NCBI GenBank assembly: GCA_020073465.1 | Contig: JAIQFC010000007.1 | Span: forward strand, 116,345 to 180,344 | Direction of reading: 5' to 3' | Source: Terriglobia bacterium | Lineage (GTDB): Bacteria; Acidobacteriota; Terriglobia; Terriglobales; Acidobacteriaceae | DNA length: 64,000 nt | Shown here: positions 1 to 9,437 of the stretch, one piece after another | How the letters are laid out: each line of letters opens with the position of its first letter | Numbering within the stretch: the stretch's first letter is position 1 | Translations under genes and position numbers: made by a program | Notes under the pieces: model-generated | Seen by the model: the letters and a program-made list of their open reading frames with translations, nothing else | Databases searched by the model: none | Told to the model about the DNA's origin: nothing

Positions 1-352
1 GTGCATCGCGCAGCGCGCTCAGGATGCCGGCTTCCGAACTCTCAACCGGCCTGGTTCGAATATCGATAATGGCCCAGTAAAAAATGCCTCGGTTCTGCTC
101 CGGGGCCAGCGCCAGAATTCTCATTCGCGGGTAGCGCCCGAGGAGAAATCCGCATTCTCCCGACCGCTTCTCCTGGTCATCCAGCGCCACGATGAGCACA
201 TCCGGCTGCACCTGCTCCACCAGTTCCGTCAGATTGGGAGCCTGTTCGACATCGCCGACAATCTCGATGTCCGGCTGGTCGGCGATCGTGGCTAGCACCA
301 TCTCCCGCATCAGACGAGGCCGGTTGGCCACCAGTACCCGCACACGTTTCAC
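1..352 (-). CDS. Response regulator receiver (CheY-like) domain protein; only the N-terminal ~117 aa are present, gene continues past the window start
   Basis: Not in the ORF track because it runs off the edge. My own translation starts at GTG 352..350, preceded by GAGGGG: MKRVRVLVANRPRLMREMVLATIADQPDIEIVGDVEQAPNLTELVEQVQPDVLIVALDDQ...RILALAPEQN. The pattern is that of a receiver fold. Confidence 0.6.
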   Translation of the reverse strand, partial: MKRVRVLVANRPRLMREMVLATIADQPDIEIVGDVEQAPNLTELVEQVQPDVLIVALDDQEKRSGECGFLLGRYPRMRILALAPEQNRGIFYWAIIDIRTRPVESSEAGILSALRDA

Positions 353-691
353 GGAATTCCCCTCGCCTGCGCAGTATCGGCTGCGGCAAGAAATTTACAA
401 GGTTCAAAAAAGACCCGCCCGGGCTTCTCACTTTCCCCACAGCTGAATAGTCTTGATTTTGGATTGGCGGGACCAATCGAGGGACTAAGGCGGTCTTTTC
501 CGTTTAGACCCGGCCACATCCGCAAAGACTGATGGTCGGTCTATTCCCAATCTGGGGTTGGCTTAAAAAAAAGTCCGAGAATGTGATCGTGGTACTTGCC
601 ATGCAACCTAAGTGGTCCTATGCTTCTGCCTCATCGACGCACAACCTGTTGTAAATAGGGCCCCTACCTTCGATTTTGAAGTGAGTTCACA

Positions 692-1414
692 ATGTCCAGC
701 GATCAAGTGAGTGTCTTCCTTCTTTGCGAAAATCGTCTGCTGCGCGAAGCCCTGATTCGGATTCTGGGCAAACGCACCAACGTATGCGTGGTCGGAGCCT
801 GCGGATATTCCCCTGAAGCGTTGAAAGAAGTGGTCGCCTGCCAGCCGCAAGTCATCCTTCTGGATTCGTTTGGCGTAGCCCTGGCGCAACCGGCTTTACT
901 GCGTTCCATTCACGAGAATCTCCCGCAAACCGGCACCGTTATGGTGGGCATGGAGCCTAAGGAGGACAACTTTCTGCTCGCCGTACGCGAGGGAGCAGCC
1001 GGATACGTCCTCCGCGAAGCTTCCGCCGCCGAAGTGCTCAGCGCCATCCGGGCAGTAGCCGCCGGGGAAGCGGTGTGTCCTCCCTGCTTTTCCGCGACCC
1101 TCTTCCACTACGCTTCGCAGCAGCTCGCGATTCGCCAGAACCTGCAGACGCGCAACCACTCCGAACTCAGCCGCCGCGAACAACAACTCGTCGAGTTGAT
1201 CTGTTGGGGACTGACCAACAAGGAGATTGCCGGCCGCCTGCACCTCTCCGAGCACACTGTGAAGAACCACGTGCATCGCATTCTGCACAAGACCGGCGTC
1301 CCCGACCGCATCTCCATCGTCAACCGGTTCCATAGTGAGATGTCGACCTTCGGCGGATCCAGCCCGGCGATCGACGCTTTGGAGGACGAACCCCTCTCGG
1401 TCCAGCGTTTCTGA
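692..1414 (+). CDS. LuxR/NarL-family response regulator (receiver-like domain plus C-terminal LuxR HTH)
   Basis: 240 aa ORF. The C-terminus LSRREQQLVELICWGLTNKEIAGRLHLSEHTVKNHVHRILHKTGV is a classic LuxR/GerE HTH. The N-terminus is VFLLCENRLLREAL...VILLDSFG. Confidence 0.9.
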   Translation: MSSDQVSVFLLCENRLLREALIRILGKRTNVCVVGACGYSPEALKEVVACQPQVILLDSFGVALAQPALLRSIHENLPQTGTVMVGMEPKEDNFLLAVREGAAGYVLREASAAEVLSAIRAVAAGEAVCPPCFSATLFHYASQQLAIRQNLQTRNHSELSRREQQLVELICWGLTNKEIAGRLHLSEHTVKNHVHRILHKTGVPDRISIVNRFHSEMSTFGGSSPAIDALEDEPLSVQRF

Positions 1415-1471
1415 TTTCGGCGCACGGCGTGCGCTGGCGCCAAACGCCGCCAGCAGTCCCGTGTTTCTAAG

Positions 1472-2263
1472 TTGGATATAATTCCACGGATGCGCCATCC
1501 GCTGCCAGAACTGCTCTACCGGGCGCGGAATCCGGGATTTGTAGCGGATTCAGCCATTCGGGCTACGACCTATCTCTGGGACCTCGTCTCGCCGTTTGAG
1601 TTTTCGGTGCTCTTTCGCGAGGTCCAACCCTACACAATGTGCAGTAGTGCACGTCTCCGGGGTCTCTATCGCGCGGTTCGGTACGTCGCGGAAAACCGAG
1701 TCCCGGGAGATTTGGTCGAGTGCGGATCGGCAAAGGGCGGCAGCGCGGCGTTGATGGCATTGACCTCCCGGCGACTTGGGGAAAACCGCAGAATCTGGCT
1801 GTTCGACACCTTCGAGGGCTTGCCGGCGCCCACCTCAGACGATCCTGATTACAAGATTGCGAGCCTGTTCACCGGAGATTGTGTGGGCACGCTCGACGAA
1901 GTCCAGAAATTATTCGGGCGGCTGCACCTCGCAGAAGACGCACGATTCGTCAAAGGCTTGTTTCAAGAGACGCTCCACAGAACTCAGATCCCCACGATTG
2001 CTGTCCTGCACATTGATGGAGACTGGTACGAGAGTGTGAAGGTTTGCCTCGACGAACTGTACGACAAGGTCACGCCTGGAGGTGTAATCCAGTTCGACGA
2101 CTACGGTTACTGGCAGGGCGCGCGAAGAGCAGTTGACGAGTTTTTCGAACGGCGAGGAATAACGCCGACTTTGCAGCGGCTCGACTTCTCTGGGCGATCC
2201 CTGATCAAGTCGGCCGACTCCGCGGTCCAGCAACCTGGCGTCAACCTTTCCTCTACCGGGTGA
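1472..2263 (+). CDS. TylF/macrocin-O-methyltransferase-family class I SAM-dependent methyltransferase
   Basis: Motifs VECGSAKGGSAALMA, WLFDTFEGLPAP, LHIDGDWYESVKVCLDELYDKVTPGGVIQFDDYGYW. The listed start is TTG; ATG at 1490 is an alternative. Confidence 0.85.
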   Translation: MDIIPRMRHPLPELLYRARNPGFVADSAIRATTYLWDLVSPFEFSVLFREVQPYTMCSSARLRGLYRAVRYVAENRVPGDLVECGSAKGGSAALMALTSRRLGENRRIWLFDTFEGLPAPTSDDPDYKIASLFTGDCVGTLDEVQKLFGRLHLAEDARFVKGLFQETLHRTQIPTIAVLHIDGDWYESVKVCLDELYDKVTPGGVIQFDDYGYWQGARRAVDEFFERRGITPTLQRLDFSGRSLIKSADSAVQQPGVNLSSTG

Positions 2264-2900
2264 GCAGACTCCCGGACGGATCGCACTGTCCTAGCATGGC
2301 GATAAAGTGGAGATTCGCCCCGAAGAACCATTCAGCATAGCCAGGGTACAAGTCGAGGCGTGTGATAAGCCGTTCCGGTTGAAGCCCAACTTCCTGCCAG
2401 GCTGTATTCCACTGCTTCTCTGTCCAGTAGTTATAGGGCAGTGCGACTCCAAACCTGGCATTGCCGACCCAGTCCATAAAACGCAAGCGCGCGCCAGCCG
2501 CGATGCCCTTTCGGTAATGATCCTTGATCAGAACGCGTTTGGCGACGCGGCGCGCTTCCCGTAAAAGGATTGCCGGATTCTCAGTGTGGTGGAGAACATC
2601 GGAAAACAGTGCAATTTCAAAGGAGGCATCTTCGAACGGTATGCTTGTGCCATCAAATACTTGCACTGGAATGTGTGTGGCACTCCGGGGCAGTACATCG
2701 ATTCCCCTGACATCGATGTCGGCGCGTCTGGACCTGAGGAGCGATGAGATCAATCCATCGCCGCACCCAACATCGAGAACACGGGCCGCAGGAGGCACAA
2801 ACTCGGCGAACCAGTCGGACAGCACGCGCGCGCGCCGTCCAAACACTAATTTTTCATGGACGATACCGGCGGCGCCAGAGGTCAGCGTAGTCATAAGCAA
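2253..2900 (-). CDS. Class I SAM-dependent methyltransferase (Methyltransf_11/25-like)
   Basis: Glycine-rich SAM motif VLDVGCGDGLISSLL, then FSDVLHH. The 3' end overlaps the converging TylF-like gene by 11 nt. Confidence 0.8.
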   Translation of the reverse strand: MLMTTLTSGAAGIVHEKLVFGRRARVLSDWFAEFVPPAARVLDVGCGDGLISSLLRSRRADIDVRGIDVLPRSATHIPVQVFDGTSIPFEDASFEIALFSDVLHHTENPAILLREARRVAKRVLIKDHYRKGIAAGARLRFMDWVGNARFGVALPYNYWTEKQWNTAWQEVGLQPERLITRLDLYPGYAEWFFGANLHFIAMLGQCDPSGSLLTR

Positions 2901-2985
2901 AGAAACGATGAGGATCTTCGTGCCTGCGATGTTTTATAGTACGGGGTCTGCTTAAATCACGCTAGACGTTCCTATCCGATTTCAG

Positions 2986-4341
2986 GTGGGCATCAATCTA
3001 TTGTCGCTCCGCGCACAAAAGTTCCTTCTGCTGCTGCTCATTCTCGCAGCTGGCGTCGAGTTCGGCGTCAGGGGCCCTCTGCGGGCGGCCCGTCTGGGAC
3101 GCGGATGGAACGATTTTCTCTCCCCTTACATCCAGGCAAAAGTATGGACCAAAGGACTGGACCCCTACAGCCTGAAGGTTTTTCTGTCCGAGTGGCCTGC
3201 GGACCTGCACCGCCCGGACTTTGTCGCCCACGATGCCGCTGACGGCACGCTTGTCGCCAGGCGCGGCGTGCCCTCCCCTTATCCCCTGACCAGTTTTGTT
3301 CTGCTCGCGCCTTTTTCCGTGCTGCCCTGGGCGACAGCGCATGCGGTTTGGACCGTCGTCAACCTTCTAGCCTTCGCATGTTCGCTCGGCGCACTCGTTT
3401 CATTGACGGGACTCGATTGGAAGGAGCCCCGCGCTCTACTTTTCCTGGCGATAGCACTGGCATTGGCTCCGATCCACACCGGAATTTCGACTGGGAACCC
3501 GGCGGTGCTGGTCGTGGGCCTCTGCGTAGGCACGGTGTGGGCGGCGAACCGGGAGCGAGCGAAACTCGCCGGAATCCTGTTAGGGGCTGCCGTCTGCCTG
3601 AAGCCTCAGGTCGGTCTCTGCTTCGTCCTTTACTATCTCGTGCGCCGGCGTTGGAGCGTCGCCGGCATGGCGTGCGGCTGGACCGCAGTCATTGCTGTCA
3701 TCGCGGCTTCCCGTCTCAGCGGAGTACCCTGGCTCCCTACATATCTGCAAGACAACAAAAGCGTCTTTGGCCCGGGAGCGATCAACGACTTTACCCCGCT
3801 GAATCCGGTTTGGTACAACATGGTCAACTTGCAAGTTCTTCTCTGGCAGGTTGTGAGGAGCGCAGGGCTTGCGAATCTGCTGGCTCTTTTGCTTGGGGCT
3901 CTCTCACTGGCAATCTGGCTGTGGCTCTTGACGAAGCACCAGCCTACTTCGGAGTTACTGGAAATCAGCTGTCTGATCGTTCTGAGCCTGCTTCCGGTCT
4001 ACCACAGGTTCTATGATGCCGAGCTTTTGATCTTGCCTTTGGCATGGAGTTTGACAGCCGTGAAGGGGCAACACAAACGTCTAGCACTTCTGACTCTCGT
4101 CTGCATCCTGCCATTCCTGGCTCCGGGCGCCTCACTTCTGAATCAGCTTGCCGAAGGCGGCCGAATTCCAGTCGCGATTGGCAGCCCTTGGTGGTGGAAT
4201 GTTTTCGCGGTGTCGCACGAGGTATGGGCTCTGCTTGCGCTTGGTTTCCTACTCCTATGCGCGATGGCAATCTTTAGAACCGCTGAGGGCGATAGGCTTT
4301 CTCACGTTGAATCCAAGATGAAGGCTAACGCGTCAGGATAA
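2986..4341 (+). CDS. Polytopic membrane glycosyltransferase, GT87/DUF2029-like (GT-C fold)
   Basis: 451 aa with about 10 predicted TM helices. The GILLGAAVCLKPQVGLCFVLYYLVRRRW segment resembles the DUF2029 core. GTG start. Confidence 0.7.
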   Translation: MGINLLSLRAQKFLLLLLILAAGVEFGVRGPLRAARLGRGWNDFLSPYIQAKVWTKGLDPYSLKVFLSEWPADLHRPDFVAHDAADGTLVARRGVPSPYPLTSFVLLAPFSVLPWATAHAVWTVVNLLAFACSLGALVSLTGLDWKEPRALLFLAIALALAPIHTGISTGNPAVLVVGLCVGTVWAANRERAKLAGILLGAAVCLKPQVGLCFVLYYLVRRRWSVAGMACGWTAVIAVIAASRLSGVPWLPTYLQDNKSVFGPGAINDFTPLNPVWYNMVNLQVLLWQVVRSAGLANLLALLLGALSLAIWLWLLTKHQPTSELLEISCLIVLSLLPVYHRFYDAELLILPLAWSLTAVKGQHKRLALLTLVCILPFLAPGASLLNQLAEGGRIPVAIGSPWWWNVFAVSHEVWALLALGFLLLCAMAIFRTAEGDRLSHVESKMKANASG

Positions 4342-4350
4342 GGAGTACGT

Positions 4351-5535
4351 GTGGTAGTTTCGTCTACGAACGGAGCGCCAATGGAGCAAGGTCGTCCAGA
4401 GTCGGCCCATCGAAGCTGGAAGACAGAGCCGACTCTGACGGAAGTTCTGATTCTGACCGTCGTGTGCTACTTGATCTACGTGGGCCTGATCGTCTTGCTG
4501 GACAACTATGCCCTCCAAGTCAAGACTTTCGGAGACAATAAGCCTTATGTCGCGATTGCCACCGCCATTCGCCACTGGGATTTCGCATCCTTGCGCACCT
4601 GGCAGCTCTGGGGCTTGCCCTATGCGATGGTGGCTTTCTCGTTCCTGACACACACGTCGTTCCTCACTGCTCTACTTGTGATTTCGGTAGCTTGTTCTTT
4701 CCTTACCGTGGCGATCTCCGACCGCTTGTGGGGCGGTTGGGTGGCAGCTCTTTTTGCCACAGTGAGCCGCGAGTGGATGGAGCGTTCTCTGTTAGGAGGC
4801 GCGGAGCCGCTGTTCCTCGCCTTGGTGGTTGGATCCTTCTTGGCAGCGCGGCGGCAACGCTGGCTGGTGGCTTCCCTCCTGGCGTCTCTGAGCACTATCG
4901 TGCGTCCGATGGGAATATTTGTGCTGGTGGCGGTTGGAATCGTCCTTCTGCTCCGGAAGCAATTCAAAACACTTGCGGCCGCAACTCTGATCGGGATTTT
5001 TGTTGGTGGGCTGTACGTTGTGCCTTTCAAGGTCTATCAGGGCAATTCATTTGAGAACGTGCAGGCCTACGGCCAAGCTGATGGGAGCCAAGGGATGCCG
5101 ATCACCTACCCGTTTCTCGCAATCATCCGACGGCCAGCATTGGGCCCCGTAACGGCAGAGAAGGAAGTCACCTCTGGAAAGACTACACAACTGAACCTCG
5201 CGCGAACCGCAATGTGGATCAGTGTCGTCCTGCTCGGAGTTGTAGCCATGTTTTTGAACAAAGGGTTTCGCGCCTTCGCTCGAAACCACACGGTGGAGGT
5301 ATTGTTCTGCGCTCTCTACATTGCCCTGCTGTTCACCTACAATTCTGCTTGGGCCAGAACTGCATTTCCTCGCTACGCGATTCCAGTCCTCCCTTTCCTG
5401 ATTCTCGCATTCGAACGTTGGATTCCTAAAGACCGGCGTTTCCTATGGGCATTCGCACTTGCATCTACCGTCCTCTCTGCGTTCTCGACGCTCGGAATAA
5501 CGAACTCAATCGCGATCGTGCGAAGGGTACTTTGA
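4351..5535 (+). CDS. Polytopic membrane protein, putative GT-C type glycosyl/mannosyltransferase
   Basis: 394 aa, multiple TM helices, coding-like codon usage, co-directional and 10 nt after the GT87-like gene. The family assignment is tentative. ATG 4381 is an alternative start. Confidence 0.6.
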   Translation: MVVSSTNGAPMEQGRPESAHRSWKTEPTLTEVLILTVVCYLIYVGLIVLLDNYALQVKTFGDNKPYVAIATAIRHWDFASLRTWQLWGLPYAMVAFSFLTHTSFLTALLVISVACSFLTVAISDRLWGGWVAALFATVSREWMERSLLGGAEPLFLALVVGSFLAARRQRWLVASLLASLSTIVRPMGIFVLVAVGIVLLLRKQFKTLAAATLIGIFVGGLYVVPFKVYQGNSFENVQAYGQADGSQGMPITYPFLAIIRRPALGPVTAEKEVTSGKTTQLNLARTAMWISVVLLGVVAMFLNKGFRAFARNHTVEVLFCALYIALLFTYNSAWARTAFPRYAIPVLPFLILAFERWIPKDRRFLWAFALASTVLSAFSTLGITNSIAIVRRVL

Positions 5536-5685
5536 GATGCTCAATCGCCCCGTCGATTCAGCCCAAGCACACTGAGAAAATAGCTGGAGAGTCCACTTTC
5601 ACCGTCAAAGAGAGTGCCGCCAGACCATTTGTGCCAACAGACCTCGCACCAAGTCCGACGATTCCGGAGATGAGCAAGCTACACA

Positions 5686-7137
5686 TCACCGGGTGGGCGC
5701 AGGAGCGTCCATGACGTTTCGTAGTCTCGAAAACCACGGATGGGCACGTACGGCCATCACAGGTACACGCGGAGGGACCACATCTACCAGTACAAATCCC
5801 ATGCTCCAGTAGAAAACGCAGAGGTAGTAGCCGGGCGCGAACATCCAATCTTCGAACGCGGCGTGAAGCATACCCGCCACCACCACCATCGCCAGCGGGA
5901 TTGCTGGATGCAAAGGATCCCCGCCCGACAACATCCATGACATCGTTCGGAACACATTTCCCATCAACAACAGCGGCAAGACGAAGAACGGCAGAACTCC
6001 CAGCATCCCCACCCAAGTTGCAATCTCCAGGTAGCTGCTGCCGAATTCTGTGGTTGCTGCTGAACTGGAGGAGAAATTGCCGAGATGTTGGCTTGCGTCT
6101 CCGCCCTTGTCAGTCGTGCCAAATCCGGTGCCGAACCAAAAGTGGGAACGGATCGTATCGACTGCCTCCTGCCAGGGTGATTGACGGGAGGCGAGCATGC
6201 CATTCTCCCGGGACCCTTTGTACACAACTTCGGACGTCACCGTGGAGGCGGTCTCGAGAAACCGTTCCGGTTGCAGGATAGCGGCGGCTGATAGCAGGAT
6301 CAGAACAACGCCGACTCCCATAACCAGGGTTCGGTACCTGCGCAACCCGACACAAAGCAACCCGCAGGACAATGCAGCCGCAACCATGCTCGCTCGTGAA
6401 TGGCTGTAGTACACCAGGTACATGCAAAGTGCATAGATGAAAAAACGGCGGCGGCGAACCCGAGTGTCTGTGCTGGAAAGGGCCCCCCACAAAAGCACAG
6501 GGGCTCCGACCACTCCTGCAATCGCGCCCAGTGAGTTGGGATTGCCCATGAGGTCGGCACCAAGAAGGAGGTAACAGACCGCAAAGGCACCCACCAAGAG
6601 CTCACAACCCAGGAGCAGTCCTGCCAGAAAGCGCTTTTCCCGTCCCCGGACAGCCAGCCTTGCTCCGGAAGCCGCGTACATGAAGAGCAGGCAAAAGCTC
6701 AGAACTTTCAACAGTGCAAGACCTGGATAACGCGACACCAATGCCGAAACCGTGGCAGCAAGCACGGCGAAAAACGCGATTGCGTGGAAAAAACCGAAGT
6801 GATGCTGGCGATCCTTAAGCAGAAGCAGAACGCCCACGACTGCGCCGACCGCAAGGAACAACCACCGCGCCGAAGTCCAAACTGAAGAGCCGGGCAATCC
6901 GGTTCCGGCCAGAAGAAACACGAGAATCAGCAGCGTGAAGAATACCTGCCGGTACCTCCAGGTCGCGGCAATCACGAGTTCGAGGAGAATCAGACCGCCA
7001 AGGTAGGTCTGGTCGGTGAAGTACCACGGCCGGGAACGCGCAAGGTGCACCAGCGCAAGGGCACCAACCAGAGCTGCGGCCGCCAGCGCGGCCTTGGGTA
7101 TGCGGCTAATCATGCCTGGCTCAAATGCCATTCTCAT
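5686..7137 (-). CDS. O-antigen ligase/polymerase-like (Wzy_C domain) membrane protein
   Basis: Polytopic protein with a YYSHSRASMVAAALSCGLL segment and a large periplasmic loop typical of the Wzy_C family. I trimmed the track ORF (to 7275) to ATG 7137..7135 (MRMAFEPGM), which forms an ATGA overlap with the stop of the upstream GT2 gene. Confidence 0.75.
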   Translation of the reverse strand: MRMAFEPGMISRIPKAALAAAALVGALALVHLARSRPWYFTDQTYLGGLILLELVIAATWRYRQVFFTLLILVFLLAGTGLPGSSVWTSARWLFLAVGAVVGVLLLLKDRQHHFGFFHAIAFFAVLAATVSALVSRYPGLALLKVLSFCLLFMYAASGARLAVRGREKRFLAGLLLGCELLVGAFAVCYLLLGADLMGNPNSLGAIAGVVGAPVLLWGALSSTDTRVRRRRFFIYALCMYLVYYSHSRASMVAAALSCGLLCVGLRRYRTLVMGVGVVLILLSAAAILQPERFLETASTVTSEVVYKGSRENGMLASRQSPWQEAVDTIRSHFWFGTGFGTTDKGGDASQHLGNFSSSSAATTEFGSSYLEIATWVGMLGVLPFFVLPLLLMGNVFRTMSWMLSGGDPLHPAIPLAMVVVAGMLHAAFEDWMFAPGYYLCVFYWSMGFVLVDVVPPRVPVMAVRAHPWFSRLRNVMDAPAPTR

Positions 7138-8345
7138 CGCCGCCTCAGCCCAAGTACGCTTAAGAAAAAGCTGGAGAAGATTGTCTGCACCCCTAGCGTC
7201 ATCGAGAGCGCCGCGGGAATGACCACCCGGAGAGTGCGCGACATGTCCAGCGGACCGAAGTGCTGCTGGCCCCACATGTGGACCGCGTAGATCGAGGTTC
7301 CGAATCCCAGAATCGCCAGCGCCGTCCCCACCAGAAGGCCCAGCTCAAGATTGATGTAACGGAACAGCCGGTCCAGCAGCGGATCCGGCGGATGCAACCC
7401 CTCCGAGATCGCGAACAGCTTGGTGAACACAGCGAACGCGATCGACTGGAATCCCAGCAGAATTGCTATGGCGGCATAAAGCAGCGTATGCACGTCGAAG
7501 ATCACGCTGCCTACCTGTCGTGGCTCGGGCAGCAGCCATGCCCCCACCAGAAACCCGACCAGCATCAACGCCAGCCCCGGATACAGGAACAGCCAGCGCG
7601 GACTATAGAGCAGGAAGAACCGCAAGGTCCGCCAGCCATCACGCCAGGTGCGGAGATGCGGTGGCCGTGTGCGCCCGTCCGGCGAAAGCGTGGTCGGAAC
7701 TTCCCTGACCTTCATTCCGAGCAGCGTAGCTTTCACCACCATCTCAGTTGCGAACTCCATCCCAGTGGTGCGCAGGCCCATGGTCTCGTAGGCCTTCTTG
7801 CTGAAACCGCGTAGCCCGCAGTAGAAATCTCCGCACGACCCGCCGAAGAACAGCCGCCCCAGCCGCGTCAGCACCGGATTTCCCAGGTAGCGGTGCAGCG
7901 GCGGCATGGCATCCTTTTGGATCCCGCCCTTGAAGCGGTTCCCCATTACCAAGTCGGAGTCTTTACGCAACTGTTCCAGAAAGCGCGGGATGTGGCCAAA
8001 ATCGTAGCTGGCGTCGGCGTCCCCCATGATGATGTACGTGCCCGAAGCCGCCGCAATGCCTCCCATGAGGGCGTTCCCGTAACCTCGCGCCTGAACGTGT
8101 GCCACTTTGGCGCCCAGCCTCTCAGCAATTTCCGGCGAGCCATCGGTGCTGCCGTTGTCGGCCACGATGACTTCACCTGCAATGTTCGCCTCCTGGAAGG
8201 CTTGCTGCGCCTTGAGGATGCAGGTTTCCAGGGTCTCCGCCTCGTTCAAACACGGCATGACCACCGACAACTCAATAGCCGCAGGCTCGCGCTCGACCAC
8301 GTGCAAGGAAGGACTTTGCGACTCGGGTACAACCGCCAGTTTCAA
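7134..8345 (-). CDS. Family 2 glycosyltransferase with C-terminal TM helices (polyprenyl-phosphate sugar synthase, DPM1/GtrB/ArnC-like)
   Basis: LSVVMPCLNEAETL..., VIVADNGSTDGS, RGYGNALMGGIAAASGTYIIMGDADASYD, followed by about 4 TM helices. Confidence 0.9.
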   Translation of the reverse strand: MKLAVVPESQSPSLHVVEREPAAIELSVVMPCLNEAETLETCILKAQQAFQEANIAGEVIVADNGSTDGSPEIAERLGAKVAHVQARGYGNALMGGIAAASGTYIIMGDADASYDFGHIPRFLEQLRKDSDLVMGNRFKGGIQKDAMPPLHRYLGNPVLTRLGRLFFGGSCGDFYCGLRGFSKKAYETMGLRTTGMEFATEMVVKATLLGMKVREVPTTLSPDGRTRPPHLRTWRDGWRTLRFFLLYSPRWLFLYPGLALMLVGFLVGAWLLPEPRQVGSVIFDVHTLLYAAIAILLGFQSIAFAVFTKLFAISEGLHPPDPLLDRLFRYINLELGLLVGTALAILGFGTSIYAVHMWGQQHFGPLDMSRTLRVVIPAALSMTLGVQTIFSSFFLSVLGLRRR

Positions 8346-8515
8346 CGCTCAACGCCTCCCTACAACCCTGGATTTCTGGGAAATTTTCGCAGCGCCTTTA
8401 ATACCACGCGTCGCCACAAATCACCAAGAATTTTACGCCTGAACCCGCGTGCAAAGGGGCGTTGCCTCCTGAGCCGATCGCAAAATGCTGAGGCACCGGG
8501 CAAGCACGAGGGATT

Positions 8516-8590
8516 TGGTAGCGCTACCGGGAATCGAACCCGGGTTTGAAGATTGAGAATCTTCCGTCCTAACCCCTAGACGATAGCGCC
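8516..8590 (-). tRNA. tRNA-Glu (anticodon CUC), CCA encoded
   Basis: The reverse complement folds by eye as GGCGCTA TC GTCT AGGGGTTA GGAC G GAAGA TTCTCAA TCTTC AAAC CCGGG TTCGATT CCCGG TAGCGCT A CCA. Confidence 0.85.
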
Positions 8591-8825
8591 CCGGAGGCAG
8601 ATTTCGATTATAACAAAGCTCTTTTTTGTCAGACGCGCCGCCAAGGTCCGGAGAATCCCAGGCCTCTTCAAGGCACTTCGCATCCACGAGTTTCACTTTG
8701 GAACTCTCGCGTTTTGCTGATCCTCTCCAACAACTAATTTCATCCACAGGCCAATAAGGTTTATAGTAGTGTCAATTCTGCTAACCAATCACTGACCCTA
8801 AACGCGCATTTTCTCGGGGCGACGT

Positions 8826-9197
8826 ATGTCGTTCATTCATCAACAAATCACTTCGTTCCTAAATTTAGGGGCGTGCAAGGAGTATCCAACTATGGCAAGG
8901 CCCAAGTCCCCCACAGGCAAGCAGAAAGACGCAATTGCAAGCAGCAGCCCAGCCGCAGCCGCCCAGGCGGCCCCGGCAGACAACTCTCAGAGTGAAACCA
9001 GAACCGACACCAGGAAGCTGGAAGTCGTAAAGGGTGACTCCCGCCCCAACCTGGTCCCGATTAACCTTGACGATGAGATCCGCCGCCGCGCCTACGAACT
9101 CTCGGAGCGGCGAGGATTTGAATCCGGCCACGAGACCGAGGACTGGCTCAGCGCAGAGCATGAGGTTCTGCAGCGCTATCGTCAGCAGAGTGCGTAA
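8826..9197 (+). CDS. DUF2934 domain protein
   Basis: The C-terminus DDEIRRRAYELSERRGFESGHETEDWLSAEHEV matches the DUF2934 signature. The start may instead be ATG 8892 (MARPKSP). Confidence 0.75.
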   Translation: MSFIHQQITSFLNLGACKEYPTMARPKSPTGKQKDAIASSSPAAAAQAAPADNSQSETRTDTRKLEVVKGDSRPNLVPINLDDEIRRRAYELSERRGFESGHETEDWLSAEHEVLQRYRQQSA

Positions 9198-9223
9198 GCC
9201 TAGCGTTCTTGCTGGCATCTCCC

Positions 9224-9244
9224 GGCGGCCGAGCCCCGGCCGCC
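9224..9244 (+). terminator. GC-rich hairpin downstream of the DUF2934 gene (possible terminator, no clear U-tract)
   Basis: GGCGGCCG agccc CGGCCGCC, a perfect 8-bp stem. Confidence 0.3.
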
Positions 9245-9437
9245 TCCCTTCGGGGACTGTTCTGTGTCTGCCCCCGCCTCTGGCTCGGTCGAGTCGCGAG
9301 CCCGTTCAGGGTTCTGTACTGATTCCAGCCACTGTCCAACAGGACCTGACATCCATGTCCTACTGGCGCCGGTAGTTGCTCTTCTTGCCCGTTGCCTCGC
9401 CGGGGCGTTTCTGAAAAAATAGCCCCTGGTTCTCCAA

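Noticed and set aside
177-476. 99-aa minus ORF and 84-aa plus ORF (192-446) at the window start
   Set aside because: Both overlap the receiver-domain frame that starts at GTG 352. That frame has a recognisable fold pattern and an upstream GAGGGG, and these two do not.
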